From NCBI GenBank assembly GCA_020058765.1, contig JAGVDM010000006.1, positions 181,488 to 245,487 of the forward strand: a stretch of 64,000 nucleotides of DNA. The letters are read 5' to 3'. The position numbers and the translations under genes were made by a program. This document shows positions 40,612 to 49,647 of the stretch, piece after piece; within the stretch, counting starts at the first letter, position 1; each line of letters begins with the position of its first letter. Below the pieces are notes generated by a model. It was not told where the DNA came from, made no database searches, and saw nothing but the letters and a program-made list of their open reading frames with translations. The DNA is from Candidatus Peribacterales bacterium. GTDB taxonomy: Bacteria; Patescibacteriota; Gracilibacteria; Peribacterales; Peribacteraceae.

Positions 40612-42126
40612 TTAACCCTGCATTTCCTCGGGCACCGGAATGCCAAGAATGCCCAAGCAAAGCGGTGCAATGTCTTTGAGCGTCTTCGCATGCTGTAGAT
40701 CCGCAGAGGATCGAATAACCGAGGGAGCGTGTACGAATGTTTGCACAGGATTCGTGGTATGGCTCGGGCTGATGGTCTTCCCATCCGGCAAAAGCATTTC
40801 TTCTGCATTGCCGTGATCGGCAGTCACGATCCAATCGTATCCGTGTGCCTCGAGAACAGGGAGCAGGCGCGCAAGGTTGCGGTCAACGGTTTCGCATGCA
40901 GTCACCGCAGCATCAATCCGACCGCCATGCCCCACAAGATCTGGGTTCGCATAGTTCATGATGATGCAGTCGTACGTCTCTTTTTCTACATTCTCAATCA
41001 CACGATCAGTAATGCCGTCTGCGCTCATTTCCGGCGCATCGGCGAAATTGGGCACCTTGGGAGACTCCACCATCAGGCGGTCTTCGCCAGCATACGGCTC
41101 ATGACGCTGCGCATTGAAGAAAAACGTCACATGCGCAAATTTGTCTGTTTCAGCGACACGCAGTTGCCGTAGCCCCGCATTGGAGAGCACTTCGCCAAAT
41201 GTATTCCGCACATCAGCAGGTGGAAAGGCGACGGGGAGATGATCGGAGTATGGCCCCATGCATACCACATCGCTCACGCGAACTGGACGGGGGAATTCTG
41301 TGAAATCCTGATCCTCCAGTGCGCGCACAATTTGAATCATGCGGTCACTGCGGAAGTTCACACATACGACTACATCGTTTGCGGAAATAGCATGGAATGC
41401 TGGCGTTTTGAGCGGACGAATATAGTAGTCTGTTTTTTGGCTTTCTGGAGCGGCAGAATACCACTCCTGTGCGCCAAGGCAGAGGTCATCGACTGTCACG
41501 CCTTCGCCTTGTGTAAGCAGAGCATAGGCAACGCGCGTACGGTCGACATACTGCTTATCACGATCCATGGCGTAGTAGCGACCAACGAGCGATGCCAAGA
41601 CACCGATCTTCTCATGGTGCATTTCTGTTTTGAGCAGATCGAAATCTGTACAGAAGTACTGCTCAGGCATGTCGCGACCATCGCTGAAAAGATGAAGGTA
41701 CACCTTGTCTATTCCATGTTTTTTGGCCAACTCCAGCATAGCGTGGAAATGCTCGGCATGACTGTGCACTCCCCCAGTGGAATACAGCCCAATGAGATGC
41801 AGCGGCACCCCCTTGGTCTTGGCGCGTTCACATGCAGCCGAAAGTACCGCATTCGAATAGAACGCACCGGAAGCAATTGCCTGGTGAATCTCTTCGAGCG
41901 GTTGCCAGACCACTCGACCCGCACCAATGGTGAGATGGCCGGGCTCACTGGCACCCTGCTGCCCCTCTGGCAACCCAACCGCATGCCCCGAGGCTTGCAT
42001 AATGCAGCTCGGCACCTCCTGTTCTAACCGATCCAATGTAGGCATTGCGGCCTGCAATCTCGCATTACCCGGCCCCGGAGGAGCGACTCCGAATCCATCG
42101 ATAATGATGAGGCATAGGCGCGGCAC
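40612..42126 (-). CDS. gpmI: 2,3-bisphosphoglycerate-independent phosphoglycerate mutase
   Basis: LIIIDGFGVAP, SGHAVGLPEGQQGASEPGHLTIGAGR, FSDGRD, TADHGNAE. GTG start. Confidence 0.9.
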   Translation of the reverse strand: MPRLCLIIIDGFGVAPPGPGNARLQAAMPTLDRLEQEVPSCIMQASGHAVGLPEGQQGASEPGHLTIGAGRVVWQPLEEIHQAIASGAFYSNAVLSAACERAKTKGVPLHLIGLYSTGGVHSHAEHFHAMLELAKKHGIDKVYLHLFSDGRDMPEQYFCTDFDLLKTEMHHEKIGVLASLVGRYYAMDRDKQYVDRTRVAYALLTQGEGVTVDDLCLGAQEWYSAAPESQKTDYYIRPLKTPAFHAISANDVVVCVNFRSDRMIQIVRALEDQDFTEFPRPVRVSDVVCMGPYSDHLPVAFPPADVRNTFGEVLSNAGLRQLRVAETDKFAHVTFFFNAQRHEPYAGEDRLMVESPKVPNFADAPEMSADGITDRVIENVEKETYDCIIMNYANPDLVGHGGRIDAAVTACETVDRNLARLLPVLEAHGYDWIVTADHGNAEEMLLPDGKTISPSHTTNPVQTFVHAPSVIRSSADLQHAKTLKDIAPLCLGILGIPVPEEMQG

Positions 42127-42156
42127 AGGAGAAATGTATCATTGACGGAGTGAAAA

Positions 42157-42501
42157 GTGCTACACTTCAATACTACGATGCAGATTCACGAGACTTCTCG
42201 CCGCACCTTTAGCGCAGTTGTCGTCCTGGCGATGATCGCCGGAACTGCCGTCATTATCGCCTTTGCACTGATCGCGAAGGCAACTCTCAACGTGCAGGCA
42301 GCGCTCACACATAAGCCAGATATCGCCGTACTGCTCCTTCTACAAGAAGAGGGCATCGCCGTCACCGACGCAGAATTGCTGCGCGATCTTGGTATGGAAC
42401 GCGACTACCTCCTAGAAACGGAAGAAGGTCCTATGTTCGCGAAGCTGCGCAAAACTGGAACCGAATGGCACTTGGCAGAGAAGACATCGCTGCGGGAATA
42501 G
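42157..42501 (+). CDS. hypothetical single-pass membrane protein
   Basis: FSAVVVLAMIAGTAVIIAFALIA is a TM helix. The start is GTG 42157 or ATG 42178. Confidence 0.4.
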   Translation: MLHFNTTMQIHETSRRTFSAVVVLAMIAGTAVIIAFALIAKATLNVQAALTHKPDIAVLLLLQEEGIAVTDAELLRDLGMERDYLLETEEGPMFAKLRKTGTEWHLAEKTSLRE

Positions 42502-42505
42502 CGGA

Positions 42506-43261
42506 TCACTGATCAGTAATCCCCTTGCCATACCGGAGCACGAGGAGTGGGAACACAATGACCGCATTCCACATTCGCTTCCAACGTGAGGGTTGCTGCA
42601 CAAATCGCCAGCACCATTCCAAGCCCGCTTTGCGCATCCATCGTGGCGCGCGCTTTGCTGTGCCGGCGAGGAAATCGAACGTGCCCCCAACACCAATAGC
42701 AACACGCACTGCTGGCAAGCGATGCATGTACTGTGCAATCCAGAGATCTTGTGATGGAGCCCCATAGGCAACAAGCAAGAGACGCGCATCGGATGCATTG
42801 ATCTTCTGGATGATTGCTTCCACTTCATGTGGAGCAGGACTCCCGGCATACGTACCGGCAATCACCAGCTTCGGAGAATGATCCTGCAATGCAGCGGCCG
42901 CTTTTTCGGCAACGCCAGGCTGTGCGCCAAGCAAGAATACGGAATGTTGTGCAGGCAAACGTGCGCAGAGTGCGGCAACGGTATCTGCGCCTGTCACGCG
43001 CTCTGGGAGCTGCTGCCCTGTGAGGCGTGCAGCAAGCAGGAGGCCTGTGCTATCTGGCAAATTGAGCGCCGTGCTCCGCAGCACAGCGCGAAAGGCGGCA
43101 TGCGAATGCGCTGTAACGAGCATCTCATTATTCGGCGTCATCACATGGTGCTGCGTATCACCAGCAAGCATGTCGAGTAGTCGCACAACTGCCTCCTCGC
43201 GAGTAACGGGATCGAGCGGAACACCAAGAAGGAAAACACGCGACAAAGACATAGCAGACAT
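42506..43261 (-). CDS. tagA: WecG/TagA/CpsF family glycosyltransferase (ManNAc transferase type)
   Basis: GVPLDPVTREEAV, VMTPNNEMLV, NLPDSTGLLLAARL, VFLLGAQPGVAEKAA, GVGGTFDFLAG. The start was moved to the ATG at 43261. Confidence 0.75.
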   Translation of the reverse strand: MSAMSLSRVFLLGVPLDPVTREEAVVRLLDMLAGDTQHHVMTPNNEMLVTAHSHAAFRAVLRSTALNLPDSTGLLLAARLTGQQLPERVTGADTVAALCARLPAQHSVFLLGAQPGVAEKAAAALQDHSPKLVIAGTYAGSPAPHEVEAIIQKINASDARLLLVAYGAPSQDLWIAQYMHRLPAVRVAIGVGGTFDFLAGTAKRAPRWMRKAGLEWCWRFVQQPSRWKRMWNAVIVFPLLVLRYGKGITDQ

Positions 43262-43288
43262 ATGAGAACGGTATAGTACACTACGGTT

Positions 43289-43999
43289 ATGCGGATACTG
43301 CTTCGCCGTTGGGTATTTGTGACGCCTCTGCTCCTGGCAGCATGCGCCATCACACCGCCACAAGCGCACAACGAGCTGATTGATCTGGCGAGTGACACGG
43401 CAACCGGTGCTACGCAGCAAAGCAGCGCCTCGGCGGACGTGGCAACTGCACTAGCACCACTTGAGGCAGCGGTACTCACCGGCACAGGAAATGAACGCCT
43501 GTTGCAGAGCGGCGTGTTCGAGCTTGGACCAGCAGATGCGGTAGTGACACTCACTGTGTTCACTGAATCGCACTGCGTCTACTGTAATGACTTTGTTCGC
43601 AATATGCTCCCATGGCTCCAGAGCGACTTCCCTGATTCGCTACGCGTGCGCATTGTGCCGGTAGTCCTCGCCAAATACCCCAACAGTACTTCTGCAGCGC
43701 AGGCGCTCCTCTGTGCAGGTACAACTGGCAGCGGCAGTGCAATGCTGCGCACGCTCGCTGAGCGAGAGAACAAGCACCGATCGTCGGTATTGGAATATGC
43801 AGAAGAATTGCATATTGATCCTGCGAGCTTCTCTGTGTGCATGGACGCAGAAATCACACAGGCAATGCTTGCAGTGCAAAAACAGGTGCAGCAAACGGCA
43901 GGAATTACATTAGTTCCAACATTCGTCATCGAGAATGACGTGCGCGTTGGGCTTCCGCTCTACGCAGATCTGCGCGGATGGATTGAATCACAATTGTAA
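43289..43999 (+). CDS. DsbA-like thiol:disulfide oxidoreductase lipoprotein
   Basis: MRILLRRWVFVTPLLLAAC is a lipobox signal. VFTESHCVYCNDF is a CxxC motif in a thioredoxin-fold context. Confidence 0.7.
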   Translation: MRILLRRWVFVTPLLLAACAITPPQAHNELIDLASDTATGATQQSSASADVATALAPLEAAVLTGTGNERLLQSGVFELGPADAVVTLTVFTESHCVYCNDFVRNMLPWLQSDFPDSLRVRIVPVVLAKYPNSTSAAQALLCAGTTGSGSAMLRTLAERENKHRSSVLEYAEELHIDPASFSVCMDAEITQAMLAVQKQVQQTAGITLVPTFVIENDVRVGLPLYADLRGWIESQL

Positions 44000-44002
44000 G
44001 AA

Positions 44003-44287
44003 TTACCGCGTCACTTTCACGATCTTGTGACGATCAGCCGCGCCAGCGAGAAGTTCCACGCTCGCGCGCGGCACACCGAAGATCTGCGCAACGCCACGGA
44101 GTAACTCCATATTTGCCTTTCCACCTTCTGGCGGCGCTGCGATGTCCATTTTAAGGCTGCCGTCATCGAGTACAGAAACCAGCCGCGTTTGCGGTGCATT
44201 GGGCCGCACGCGAACTGCGAAGCGTACTGTGCCCTTTGCCGCCAATTCCTCAAACAGATGCGCAATCACAACAATAGTGTACGGCAA
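44003..44287 (-). CDS. DUF167 (YggU) family protein
   Basis: RFAVRVRPNAPQTRL...LKMDIAAPPEGGKANMELLRGVAQIFGV...AGAADRHKIVKV. TTG start. Confidence 0.7.
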   Translation of the reverse strand: MPYTIVVIAHLFEELAAKGTVRFAVRVRPNAPQTRLVSVLDDGSLKMDIAAPPEGGKANMELLRGVAQIFGVPRASVELLAGAADRHKIVKVTR

Positions 44288-44366
44288 ATTTCTTGCAGAA
44301 AGTATAATAAACTATACATTGGCACTACGGTCTTTCTTTCCGCTCCCACACCTAGCGAGGTGCACC

Positions 44367-44579
44367 ATGTTCGACAATCAGGTCGAGGAGCAAGGATGCA
44401 ACTGGGGATGTGGCGTAGTGCTGTTTCTTGTTGTCGCCCTTTGGGCAGGCATCATTGGGACAATCACGTCACTCATCAGCTTTCCACCATCGCGGCTCCC
44501 CATTTTGGGAATAGCCGTACTGCTCGCAGCAGCCTTCGGGCTCCGAGTGTGGTGGGTCAACCGTACGCCTTCCTTATGA
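44367..44579 (+). CDS. small two-helix membrane protein
   Basis: An internal ATG at 44367 gives 70 aa with two hydrophobic helices (GVVLFLVVALWAGIIGTI and ILGIAVLLAAAFGL). The upstream part of the ORF overlaps the DUF167 gene. Confidence 0.4.
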   Translation: MFDNQVEEQGCNWGCGVVLFLVVALWAGIIGTITSLISFPPSRLPILGIAVLLAAAFGLRVWWVNRTPSL

Positions 44580-44610
44580 AGGCACGCCGGGCTTTACCGC
44601 CCGGCAATTT

Positions 44611-45267
44611 TTAGCGCGTGTTCTTTTTTCGCCACTTCTCAATTTCCGCATGGTGCCCAGAAAGCAGCACATCGGGCACACGATGCCCGCGGAATTCTTC
44701 TGGTCGTGTGTAATGTGGATACTCCTGCTTGCGATCCAACGCAGCAGAAAAACTCTCCTCGTGCGCAGACTCCTCTTTACCCAGCACGCCGGGAATGTGC
44801 CGAGCGATTGCATCAATGAGCACCATGGCAGGCAACTCTCCACCAGTGAGTACGTAGTCTCCAATCCGGATTTCTTCATCGATCCATCCACCATCAATAA
44901 TGCGCTGATCGATGCCTTCGTAATGCCCACAGAGCAGCAATAGCCACTCATGATCCTGCGCCAGCTGCTCCACTTTTGGCTGCACCAGGCGTTCACCGCG
45001 AGCGGAAAGATAGATGCGATGTGGCTGGCCTTCTGCAAGAGTCATCACGTGTTCGATCGCGGGTACTACCGCATCGGCACGCATGAGCATGCCTGCACCG
45101 CCGCCGTATGGCGTGTCATCGACTTGGCGATACTTCCCAAGGCCAAAATTGCGCAAATCATGAAAATGCACCGAAAGAAGATTTTGCTCTCGTGCACGTT
45201 GCAGAATGCTCTCGGTGAGAGGGCCGTCAAACATGCCGGGGAAGAGCGTGAGGATATCGATCCGCAT
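44611..45267 (-). CDS. trmD: tRNA (guanine37-N1)-methyltransferase
   Basis: MRIDILTLFPGMFDGPL, CGHYEGIDQR, GDYVLTGGELPAMVLIDA. Confidence 0.95.
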   Translation of the reverse strand: MRIDILTLFPGMFDGPLTESILQRAREQNLLSVHFHDLRNFGLGKYRQVDDTPYGGGAGMLMRADAVVPAIEHVMTLAEGQPHRIYLSARGERLVQPKVEQLAQDHEWLLLLCGHYEGIDQRIIDGGWIDEEIRIGDYVLTGGELPAMVLIDAIARHIPGVLGKEESAHEESFSAALDRKQEYPHYTRPEEFRGHRVPDVLLSGHHAEIEKWRKKNTR

Positions 45268-45353
45268 GGAGACATGCTACGGCATTCAGACAGTATGCGC
45301 ACCGCTTCTCCTGGCAATTCTGCACCGGTTCGCGGATACTCCGTGATGATTCT

Positions 45354-46304
45354 ATGGCACCACGCGTCGACATTCTGATGCCCACGTACAAGCCGCGCAC
45401 AGAGCATTTGCTCGCGGCTATCGAGAGCGTGCGTGCGCAAACAGAAACAGACTGGATCCTGACGATCTGTGACGAACCAACCGATGTGGATACAGCTACA
45501 ATGTTGCAATCGATTACCGATGACCGCATTCGGTATATGCGCAACGAGCGGCGGCTCGGTATTGGTGGCAACTGGAATCGATGCCTAACGCAGGTTACAG
45601 CGCCATACGTGCAGTATTTATTTCAAGATGATCTGCTGGAGCCGCAATATCTTGCTACAGCACTCGCTGCTATGGAGAGCGACGAGCGAATCGGTATGGT
45701 ATCTATGGGGCACCGCTACGTGTTTGAAGGAGAAAGCGTAGCACGCGACGCGTACGAAGAGGTGGAGAAAGCTCGGGCAGAGGTAGCGGCGGGATACCAT
45801 GACGGAACCGAGACATTGCTCGCATGGATGGAGCGTGGTCTGCATCCGAATGTTGTGGGGGAACCAAGCTTTGTACTCCTACGCAAATCCACAATGCATG
45901 TTGTGGGCGCATTCCGGGAAGACATGCAGCAAAATTTAGATAGTGAGTACTGGGCGCGCATGTTTATACAAGCTGGGTGGTACGTGGTGCCGGGGAACTT
46001 TGGGAGTTTCCGAGTGCACGCGGATGCCGCCAGCGCACGCAACTTCGAGCGCGGCGCAGGGGTTTTTGATCGGCTACGCACCCTGCATGCCATTAGCCGT
46101 ATATTGCCCACGGAGCACCAAAAGAAAGCACAGCGGATTATTGGCGAACAGACGACACGCATGACCGAGAAGTTCCTTCTGCGCTATGGAGGAGTGCGTT
46201 TAGAGCTCAGTGATCGAGTGCCTATTTTGTTCTCTCTTGCACTCCATCCGATCACTGTATTACGAAGCCTGTGGCGGTATACACGAAGCCGCAACAGGGA
46301 ATGA
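45354..46304 (+). CDS. family 2 glycosyltransferase
   Basis: VDILMPTYKPRTEHLLAAIESVRAQT...ICDEPTD plus a downstream FQDDLL (DxD-like) motif. Confidence 0.75.
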   Translation: MAPRVDILMPTYKPRTEHLLAAIESVRAQTETDWILTICDEPTDVDTATMLQSITDDRIRYMRNERRLGIGGNWNRCLTQVTAPYVQYLFQDDLLEPQYLATALAAMESDERIGMVSMGHRYVFEGESVARDAYEEVEKARAEVAAGYHDGTETLLAWMERGLHPNVVGEPSFVLLRKSTMHVVGAFREDMQQNLDSEYWARMFIQAGWYVVPGNFGSFRVHADAASARNFERGAGVFDRLRTLHAISRILPTEHQKKAQRIIGEQTTRMTEKFLLRYGGVRLELSDRVPILFSLALHPITVLRSLWRYTRSRNRE

Positions 46305-46362
46305 GTACGCGGGATGTCAACAACAACGTGCACTTCTGTTGCCGTCGCTGCACCATGATTTC

Positions 46363-46806
46363 ATGCCGCTCCTCAAAAAATCCACATTGGCCACACCGCA
46401 TGAACGGTTTGTGGCGAAGATGATCGACCTCGGAATTCTGATTATTCCGACGCTGATTTTGTACTACACCTACGGAATCCAGAAGGAAATGCCTGAGCCG
46501 ATGATGTGGGTAGGAGCCGTTATGGCGAGCTTTTTCACCGCGTTCATGATGATCATCTTCCTGCAGTGGATCCTGATTGGTGAATACGGTCAGTCACTGG
46601 GGAAAATTGTCATGCGTATCCGCATTGTGGATGAGAAGACCAAGAAAACCGGCACACTGGTGCAGAACCTCTTCATCCGCACATGGCTCCCTGCCATCAT
46701 GTGGGAAAACCTCGTATTCCTGGCATGCGACGTGCTGCCCGTCTTCCGCAAGGAACGCCGGTGTCTGCATGACTACCTCGCCAAGACGATCGTGGTAAAG
46801 GCGTAG
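46363..46806 (+). CDS. RDD family membrane protein
   Basis: ERFVAKMIDLGILIIP...GQSLGKIVMRIRIVD...RRCLHDYLAKTIVV matches the RDD-domain pattern. The start was moved to the ATG at 46363. Confidence 0.6.
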   Translation: MPLLKKSTLATPHERFVAKMIDLGILIIPTLILYYTYGIQKEMPEPMMWVGAVMASFFTAFMMIIFLQWILIGEYGQSLGKIVMRIRIVDEKTKKTGTLVQNLFIRTWLPAIMWENLVFLACDVLPVFRKERRCLHDYLAKTIVVKA

Positions 46807-46838
46807 TGTGCGCTGAGCAAAGAAACATGGGAGAGTTT

Positions 46839-46867
46839 TTGACGAAAAATAAAATAGTGTGATAAAT
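46839..46867 (+). promoter_or_regulatory. sigma70-like promoter candidate (TTGACG-N17-ATAAAT)
   Basis: The -10 hexamer ends 9 nt before the ATG at 46877, implying a leaderless or near-leaderless mRNA. Confidence 0.4.
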
Positions 46868-46876
46868 ATATAGCGA

Positions 46877-47461
46877 ATGGCAGTTCACCTCACACTGAAG
46901 GAGTGTTGCGAAGTCCAACGGCTTCGGCTGAACGATCCAAATATTGTGCGACTCTGCGTACAGGACACTCCTGGCGCAAAACCCACACAGCAGAAAGTGG
47001 AGAGTATGTCTCAGCACATTACTCTGCAGGCGGGGCTGTTGCTGGAATCTGGTCTACAGGCAAAAAAAGAGAAGTACATCGATCGCCACCTGCCAACACT
47101 CCAGAGCTTTGCCATTCTGGAAGGTGAAGAATTAGTGGGCATTACCGACCGCATGCGAGCGATGGGCATCGTGATCGGCCCCTTCGTAATGCCCATCATT
47201 TCCGCACAACAGCGACGTGTGCAGCAGTGGGTCACTGGGAACATTGCCAATGTGTACGACGCTGCCATGGAAGCGCTACCCGAAGATATGATCGACCTCA
47301 ATCTCGTCACGCGCCTCGGCATCATCAAAGCACTGAATACAGAAATCCGCTCAGCGGTGCACAGCAAACAAATGGCCAAGCTGCGCTTTGCGAAGGATCA
47401 TTTGCAAGAAACCTTCGCATTCGGAGGCACGCGCGAAGACCCTATTGTTCGAGAAGGGTAA
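46877..47461 (+). CDS. hypothetical protein
   Basis: 194-aa ORF behind a promoter candidate. No motif recognised. Confidence 0.45.
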   Translation: MAVHLTLKECCEVQRLRLNDPNIVRLCVQDTPGAKPTQQKVESMSQHITLQAGLLLESGLQAKKEKYIDRHLPTLQSFAILEGEELVGITDRMRAMGIVIGPFVMPIISAQQRRVQQWVTGNIANVYDAAMEALPEDMIDLNLVTRLGIIKALNTEIRSAVHSKQMAKLRFAKDHLQETFAFGGTREDPIVREG

Positions 47462-47464
47462 GCC

Positions 47465-48358
47465 CTACAGGAATTCCTTCATATATTCGGTGACATCGAC
47501 TTTTTGCACTTCGTCGACGGCGAATGTGCTGCGACCCTCGCGTGGCTTAAGGCGATCATAGAAGCTTGGCGCCGCTGTGTTCTGGTACAAGATGCCCGTG
47601 CTAATGCGCTTACTGGTATCGGTAGCAATGCGCCTTGCTTGGGCAAAATCCGTTGGATCATGGCCTTCGGCAGCAGCATCGTACACATGCTCCATGAGCC
47701 ACTCGTGAGTGGCAAACTGGTTGTAAGTAGGGCACGCCTGCAGCATATCCACAAACGCAAAGCCATTGTGCTGAATAGCTGCCTTAAGAATCTGCACCAT
47801 TTGATCGATGTGGCCGCTAAAGCCGCGGGCAACAAAGGTGGGTTCCAAGCTGAATACAAAATCCATGGAGTTGAGCGTGTGCTCGGGAATACCGTTTGGC
47901 GATGTGTTCATCGGCTGTCCCTGCCACGTAAGCGAGCTTGCCTGCCCTGTAGTGAGGCCATAGTTCGCATTATTGTGGAGGATAAAGACAATGGGGTAAT
48001 TGGAGCGAATGCTGTGTACGAGGTGCCCTATGCCCTCGGAAAAACTCGCACCGTCGCCACCGTGTGCTAGAACAGGCAACACGGGATTGGCCAGCTTGGC
48101 ACCAGATGCAAACGGGAGCACGCGACCGTGCAGTCCATGGAACCTGTAGCCCTGCAACTTGTCGCTCATGTTGCCGTGGCAACCAACGTCGTAGCAGAGC
48201 AACACACCATGCGGGGGAATACCGAGCTCCACCAGCGCACGCTTCACTGCAGTCCAAATGCCGTAGTCGCCGCACCCATCGCACCACGTGCACTGATTCT
48301 TATGATGGTAATCAGCCATCTTTGGTCCGCCGGTATTGTCGAGCGGGATGCGCGTCAT
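47465..48358 (-). CDS. korB: 2-oxoacid:ferredoxin oxidoreductase beta (TPP-binding) subunit
   Basis: CTWCDGCGDYGI, HGGDGASFSEGIGHLVH, NNANYGLTTGQ. The ATG overlaps the upstream SLH gene stop by 1 nt (TAATG). Confidence 0.85.
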   Translation of the reverse strand: MTRIPLDNTGGPKMADYHHKNQCTWCDGCGDYGIWTAVKRALVELGIPPHGVLLCYDVGCHGNMSDKLQGYRFHGLHGRVLPFASGAKLANPVLPVLAHGGDGASFSEGIGHLVHSIRSNYPIVFILHNNANYGLTTGQASSLTWQGQPMNTSPNGIPEHTLNSMDFVFSLEPTFVARGFSGHIDQMVQILKAAIQHNGFAFVDMLQACPTYNQFATHEWLMEHVYDAAAEGHDPTDFAQARRIATDTSKRISTGILYQNTAAPSFYDRLKPREGRSTFAVDEVQKVDVTEYMKEFL

Positions 48359-49647
48359 TACTGAAGAATAAGCGTAGAAAGATCCACGGTATGCTCGCTG
48401 ATTTTGGCATATTGCACGATGCCATCTTCCACAGTTGTTTCCTTACTGCTGTCATACAAGCCGTAGGTAAGCGTGTTGCCGGTGCCAAAGGCGAACCCGC
48501 CGACTGCAGAACCTGAACTGGCATACACAAAGAACGACTGCGGATTTGGCACTTCACGTACACTCACTCGTTTGCCTGTGGTGAGGTCTGCATATTCCAA
48601 GCGTGACATATTGCCGGCAATGGAACGCACAAACGCGACATGGTGCAGATCAGGAGATACAAGGTACGGCCGGGCAATGGTGAAGGGCAACTTGGTGATA
48701 CTCCCCGTACCCGAACGCAGTTCCCAGAGTGCTCCGTCATCTGCATTCAAGTATGGATCAAATGTCGCATGCACGAAGTACGCTCTGCCATCCGCAGAGA
48801 GAGGCATCGTGTACGTATTGTCCGCCTCGATAAGGCGACTATCGGGCAATAACAATGGCGATAGGAGATCATCCATACCACTGGTGCCTGTGCGATACGG
48901 ATTGAACTGCGCAGCAATGCGACAAGTGGATCCGTCTGCATATGTGCCAGCCAGTTGGGTGTCTGTTGTGTCCCCCGCCTTGTTGTAGCGCACAGTGACC
49001 GTTGTCATACCCGATCCGATGCAATCATCGCCAGAGAGCACTGCTTGCGCATGGCCGTTCTGCAACATGCTCGCATAGAGGAATTCCGCTGCGCGAGAGC
49101 GAGGGAGAGGAGAGTCTGGCCACACAGAGCGGAATGCACGGGCATCCACAATCCCCTCGGTAATGGCCGTGGAAATATAAGGCGCAAACCATGCACCAGT
49201 ACCAAAAGGTGCCGTACCTGTAGCACTGTCAGGCACTGCGATCGCATACCCCTTACTGCCAACGAGCATCTTGAGTGCCTCCGCTGTATTCACAGGGCGA
49301 CCTGGTTGGAACGTGCCATCTGGGTAGCCGCTTACCCACTCCTGCTCGGCTGCATAACACACGAATGGCGCGAACCACTCGCGTTGTACATCTGGGAAGC
49401 ATTCACTGTAGTACTCCGCGTCGGGCTGTTCACCTGAAGACTCTACAAGCAACTTCATGAGCTCTGCGCGATTGAGCGTCACCTCTGGGCCGAACGATCC
49501 ATCGGGGTACCCGCGCATGATCCCCGAAGATTGCAGCGTATTGATGGCGACTGCACTCCGGTGATCGGTTGGAACATCAGGATATGCCGCAACGGCAACG
49601 ATTGGCAGTACCAAAAGAGAGCCGGCGAGGAGAATGCGCTGCATCAT
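48358..49647 (-). CDS. secreted SLH-domain protein
   Basis: Signal peptide MMQRILLAGSLLVLPIVAVAA. Three SLH-like repeats are present: YPDVPTDHRSAVAINTLQSSGIMRGYPDGSFGPEVTLNRAELMKLLV; FPDVQREWFAPFVCYAAEQEWVSGYPDGTFQPGRPVNTAEALKML; and a third, degenerate one. The C-terminal ~230 aa look beta-rich. The ATG overlaps the korA stop (ATGA). Confidence 0.7.
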   Translation of the reverse strand: MMQRILLAGSLLVLPIVAVAAYPDVPTDHRSAVAINTLQSSGIMRGYPDGSFGPEVTLNRAELMKLLVESSGEQPDAEYYSECFPDVQREWFAPFVCYAAEQEWVSGYPDGTFQPGRPVNTAEALKMLVGSKGYAIAVPDSATGTAPFGTGAWFAPYISTAITEGIVDARAFRSVWPDSPLPRSRAAEFLYASMLQNGHAQAVLSGDDCIGSGMTTVTVRYNKAGDTTDTQLAGTYADGSTCRIAAQFNPYRTGTSGMDDLLSPLLLPDSRLIEADNTYTMPLSADGRAYFVHATFDPYLNADDGALWELRSGTGSITKLPFTIARPYLVSPDLHHVAFVRSIAGNMSRLEYADLTTGKRVSVREVPNPQSFFVYASSGSAVGGFAFGTGNTLTYGLYDSSKETTVEDGIVQYAKISEHTVDLSTLILQ

